This document shows, piece by piece, positions 60,523 through 64,000 of a DNA stretch of 64,000 nt; the stretch's first letter is position 1; each line of letters opens with the position of its first letter. Below the pieces are notes generated by a model. The model had not been told where the DNA came from. It did no database searches and was given only the letters and a program-made list of their open reading frames with translations. The position numbers and the translations under genes were made by a program. Origin of the DNA: an uncultured Actinomycetes bacterium (GTDB lineage: Bacteria; Actinomycetota; Thermoleophilia; Gaiellales; Gaiellaceae); NCBI GenBank assembly GCA_963790695.1, contig CAWBPX010000013.1:130121-194120 (forward strand), in the 5' to 3' direction.

Positions 60523-60873
60523 ACGCTTGGCTCGTGCTCGGTGCAGGCGTCGCCGTGACGCTCGCCGGCTGCGGCGGGGGCGAGAGCCACTACACGTACG
60601 CGAACAGCAGCGACTGCTTCAAGGACATCGGAAAGACGCAGGTCATGGGAACCGAGACGAATGCGGTGCGCATCAGCGCCGACGGCGGCAAGACCTACGA
60701 CGTGCTCTTCCTGCCGAGCGGCTCCGAGGCGAAGAGCTACGTCAAGCAGCTCGACGTCAAGACGGGAGTTCTGCAAACAAAGGGGAACGCGATCGTCTAC
60801 GGCCACCAGACCGGCAAGGGGGCCCGCGGTCACCGAGGACGAGGTGAAAGAGGTCGAGAAGTGCCTGGCGTAG
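60519..60873 (+). pseudogene. Small lipoprotein embedded between mqnA and mqnC, one frameshift
   Basis: ATGA overlap. Lipobox MNAWLVLGAGVAVTLAGC. A shift near 60825 leads into ORF 60661's tail (PAVTEDEVKEVEKCLA). Confidence 0.55.
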
Positions 60874-61943
60874 CCGAGATCCTCGACAAGGCTCTCGAGG
60901 GAGAGCGCATCTCGGACGACGAGGCGCTCACGCTCCTCGAGTCCAAGGACCTCGTCCCGGTCGGCAAGGCCGCCGACGAGCTCCGCGCGCGCCGCACCGA
61001 CGGCGGCCGGATCACGTTCATCATCGACCGCAACGTCAACTACACGAACGTCTGCGTCACCGACTGCGACTTCTGCGCCTTCTACCGCCGCCCCGGAGAC
61101 CGGGCCGAGGGCTATCTGCTCCCGAAGGCGGTCATCTTCAAGAAGGTCGAGGAGACTCTCGCGATCGGCGGCACCGGCGTGCTCATGCAGGGCGGCCACC
61201 ACCCCGACCTCGGGATCGACTACTACGAGGACCTCTTCCGCTCGCTCAAGGAGCGCTACCCGATCCACCTGCACGCGCTCTCGCCGCCCGAGATCCAGCA
61301 CATCGCGCGCCGCTCGAAGCTCAGCGTCCCCGCGACGCTGACCCGGCTGCGCGACTCCGGCCTCGACTCGATTCCCGGCGGCGGCGCCGAGATCCTCGTC
61401 GACCGCGTCCGCGACATCATCGCGCCCAAGAAGACGAAGACCGCCGACTGGCTCGGAGTCATGCGCCACGCGCACCGCCTCGGCATGTCGACGACCGCGA
61501 CGATGATGTACGGCCACGTCGAGACGCTCGCCGAGCGGATCGAGCACATGCGGCGGGTCCGCGAGCTGCAGGACGAGACGCGCGGCTTCCGCGCCTTCAT
61601 CTCGTGGACGTTCCAGCCCGCCGGCACGCGCCTGGCGCCGCTCGTGACGCACCACCCGACCTCCTTCGAGTACCTGCTCACCCAGGCCGTGAGCCGCATC
61701 TACCTCGACAACGTCGACCACATCCAGTCGAGCTGGGTCACGCAGGGGATGAAGGTCGGCCAGGTCGCGCTCGAGTTCGGCGCCGACGACCTCGGCTCCG
61801 TGATGATCGAGGAGAACGTCGTCTCGGCCGCGGGCACGACCCATCGCGCGTCGACGGACGACTTCATCCACGCGATCAAGGCTCTGGGCAAGACGCCCGT
61901 GCAGCGCGACACGCTGTACCGCGACGTCCGCGTCTGGAACTGA
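60861..61943 (+). CDS. mqnC: Cyclic dehypoxanthinyl futalosine synthase MqnC (radical SAM)
   Basis: GTG 60861 in ORF 59727..61943. ILDKALEGERIS...DRNVNYTNVCVTDCDFCAFYR. Intact. Confidence 0.8.
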   Translation: MPGVAEILDKALEGERISDDEALTLLESKDLVPVGKAADELRARRTDGGRITFIIDRNVNYTNVCVTDCDFCAFYRRPGDRAEGYLLPKAVIFKKVEETLAIGGTGVLMQGGHHPDLGIDYYEDLFRSLKERYPIHLHALSPPEIQHIARRSKLSVPATLTRLRDSGLDSIPGGGAEILVDRVRDIIAPKKTKTADWLGVMRHAHRLGMSTTATMMYGHVETLAERIEHMRRVRELQDETRGFRAFISWTFQPAGTRLAPLVTHHPTSFEYLLTQAVSRIYLDNVDHIQSSWVTQGMKVGQVALEFGADDLGSVMIEENVVSAAGTTHRASTDDFIHAIKALGKTPVQRDTLYRDVRVWN

Positions 61944-62072
61944 GCTCATCCTGACGGCCTGCTCCTGGCAGCGACAGCGTTCGCTGCTCGTCGGCAAGCG
62001 CTGATTCCGGTTCGAAAGGTGTAAAGACCGAGCGGTCCCACCAGGCGTTCCGCTAGCCTCGTCGCGATTCAC

Positions 62073-63801
62073 GTGCTGCGCAGAATCGTCATCGCCGCCC
62101 TGCTTGCAGGGGTTTTCGTGCCGGGAGCCGCCGCGGCGCGCATCCCGCTGGCTCCCGGGATCACGTACGAGCGCCAGCTGCTCTTCACGCCGCACGGTCC
62201 CGAGGTGATCCACGTGATGACCGCGCCGAAGCCCGGCGGCCTCTATGCGCTCCACCCGGTGCTCTCGAACGACTCGGTCATCGGCCGCGAGCGCGTGACC
62301 TCGATGCAGAAGCGCTTGGCGTCGACGGCGACCGTCGGGGGGGTCAACGCCGATCTCTTCACCTTCAACGAGGGCCTTCCGAGCGGGATGTTCATGCAGT
62401 CGGGCGTCCTGACGACCCCGCCGCATCCGAAGCGCTCCACGGTCGGGATCACCGACGACGGCCGGCTCCTCGTGCAGCGCGTCCAGATGCTCGGCACGTG
62501 GCAGGGCATCAGTCAGCGCCGTCCGCTGAACGGCCTCAACCAGCGACCCAGGGCCCGAAGGCGTCTCGCTCTTCACGCCCGCCTGGGGCTCCGCGACGCC
62601 GGCCGCGAACGACACGGTCGAGATCACCCTCAGCGGAGTGCCGCCCGCCGTTCCGCTCACGGACTTGACCGGGACCGTCGTCTCCGTCAAGCCCGCCGGA
62701 GGCACTCCGATTCCACCCGGCGGAGCGGTGCTCGTCGGCCGCGGCACCTCGGCCGGACGTCTCGCGTCCGAGGCCCCGGTCGGCGAGACAGGTCACCTCC
62801 AGGCTCGTCCTGCGCCCTCAGTGGGCAGGCGTCGTGGACGCGGTCGGCGGCGGCCCGCTCATCGTCCAGAACGGACAGCCCGTCTTCCGCGCGCTCGAGC
62901 AGTTCTCGAGCAGCCAGCTCTCGGTTCGCAACCCCAGGACCGCGGTCGGCCAGCGCGCGGACGGACGAATCATCTTCATGACCGTCGACGGACGGCAGCC
63001 CGGCTACAGCACGGGCCTCACGAACTTCGAGCTCGCTCAGCAGATGGTCCGCCTCGGCGCGGTCACCGCGAGCTCGCTCGACGCGGGCGGATCCACGACG
63101 ATGGCCTTCGACGGCAAGCTGCTCAACCAGCCGTCCGATCCCGGAGGTGAGCGCGCAGTCGCCGACGGGCTCTTCGTCTTCTACTACGGCGTCCAGGCGC
63201 CGGCGCTGTCGGTGCAGGTGCTCTCGCCGAACGGGGACGGCGTGGACGAGGTCGAGTCGCTGAGCTTCAAGAGTCGTCCGCCCGTCGACCGTCACGGCGA
63301 GCCTGATCGGCCCGGACCGGGTTCCGCGGCAGACGATCGACCGGGCTCAAGGAGCCGGGCACCTACGAGCTGACTGGAACGGCCGCACCGCGCAAGGAGC
63401 ACCCGAGCCGGAAGGCCGCTGGCGCTGGGTGATCAATGCGGTCGACGACCGCGGTCAGGAGTCGCGCGCCGAACGAGGCCTTCTACCTCAACAGCACCCT
63501 CGGCTATCTGCGGGTCAGCCCGTCCCGCGTGGTCGTCCGCAAACGCGGCGGGTCGCTCCGAGTCTCCTTCCGGCTCGCGCATCCCGCGCAGGTCGTGCTC
63601 AAGATCCGGACCGCGAGCGGCGCGACGGTCTGGACGATCCACCGCCGGTTCCGGGCCGGCCGTGCGAGCATGCGCTGGAACGGCCGCTATGGGAGTGGGG
63701 TGCGCGCGTTCTCGGGCCCCTATGTCGCCAGCCTGCGCGCGGTCAACTCGTTCGGCCCGGCCCAGCTCGAGCGCAGGTTCGCCGTTCGCCGCGGCCGCTA
63801 G
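62073..63801 (+). pseudogene. Secreted phosphodiester glycosidase (DUF2233/NAGPA-like) protein with C-terminal Ig-like (FlgD-type) domain, about six frameshifts
   Basis: Signal peptide. GGVNADLF, GGGPLIVQNG, PRTAVGQRADGRIIFMTVDG, LDAGGSTTM. Pieces in ORFs 62073, 62638, 62834, 63429 and 63436. Shifts near 62540, 62800, 63265, 63335, 63372 and 63475. Confidence 0.65.
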
Positions 63802-63822
63802 CGGGCTTTCCCGCCCTTCTTT
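63801..63822 (+). terminator. Intrinsic terminator
   Basis: GCGGG-cttt-CCCGC followed by CCTTCTTTG, immediately after the TAG at 63799-63801. Confidence 0.55.
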
Positions 63823-63879
63823 GCAATCTGTAAAGAGTGAGGCCGCAGCGAGGCGCTTCCGCTAGCGTCCGGCCCGTCC

Positions 63880-64000
63880 GTGCTTCGCAAAGTCGTCATA
63901 ACAACCCTGCTCTTCGCGGTTTTCGCCGCTCCGGCGAGCGCGGGCCGCGTCTCGCTGATGCCGCGCGTCACGTACGAGCGTCAGGTCCAGTTCACGCCTC
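63880..64000 (+). CDS. Paralog of the 62073 gene (N-terminal fragment, runs off the window)
   Basis: GTG then LRKVVITTLLFAVFAAPASAGRVSLMPRVTYERQVQFTP. This parallels MLRRIVIAALLAGVFVPGAAAARIPLAPGITYERQLLFTP. Confidence 0.6.
   Translation, partial: MLRKVVITTLLFAVFAAPASAGRVSLMPRVTYERQVQFTP

Noticed and set aside
61995-62075. Reading the conserved TGTAAAGA ... CCGCTAGC element as a sigma-28 (TAAA-N15-GCCGATAA) promoter
   Set aside because: The spacing between the two blocks is about 24 nt, too long for that promoter class, and the -10 half does not match GCCGATAA.

Overview
Very GC-rich, gene-dense chromosomal segment. Gene content suggests a high-GC Gram-positive organism (Actinomycetota, possibly Thermoleophilia/Rubrobacteria-like), but that is inference only. 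I support about 90 protein genes, one tRNA-Arg, several hairpin terminators and a few regulatory sites. I found no rRNA, CRISPR array, transposase, integrase or prophage.

Main blocks:
- 10279 and 52192-61943: menaquinone genes of the futalosine route (mqnD far from mqnE/mqnA/mqnC), with UbiD/UbiX, MenG and a polyprenyl synthase, wrapped around a Firmicute-style qcrABC menaquinol:cytochrome c reductase.
- 12366-21010 and 23725-26596: phenylacetate/beta-oxidation genes (thiolase, aldehyde dehydrogenase, EthD, three crotonases including a PaaG-like one, paaABCD, TetR-type PaaR with its operator).
- 27798-31950: a DUF4129 / MoxR / DUF58 cluster.
- 33978-38768: a 2-oxoacid dehydrogenase E1alpha/E1beta ... 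E2 set, interrupted by acetamidase, TPR and HIRAN genes.
- 49259-51489: hemB-hemL.
- 42802-46253: cell-envelope genes (GtrA and two GT-C-like membrane proteins).
- 46206-47762: a LytM-like gene followed by ymdB.

Observations worth a second look:
1. A SelW/Rdx-family gene whose CxxU redox motif uses an in-frame TGA followed by a SECIS-like hairpin. The ORF track truncates it.
2. About 65-70 single-base frame disruptions in about 38 otherwise ordinary genes (my manual count). They look like sequencing or assembly indels and create many false fusion ORFs.
3. Two genes whose only plausible start is a CTG inside a CTGA stop/start overlap.
4. Several divergent gene pairs only 10-25 bp apart, with overlapping (interdigitated) -10 boxes. 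This implies leaderless mRNAs.
5. A 282-nt structured leader upstream of the LytM-like gene with ydaO-class (c-di-AMP) riboswitch-like motifs.
6. An XRE regulator coupled to a coiled-coil, zinc-ribbon membrane protein, with palindromic and direct-repeat operators.

Coordinates tied to the ORF track are reliable. Hand-counted coordinates of small elements may be off by 1-2 nt.
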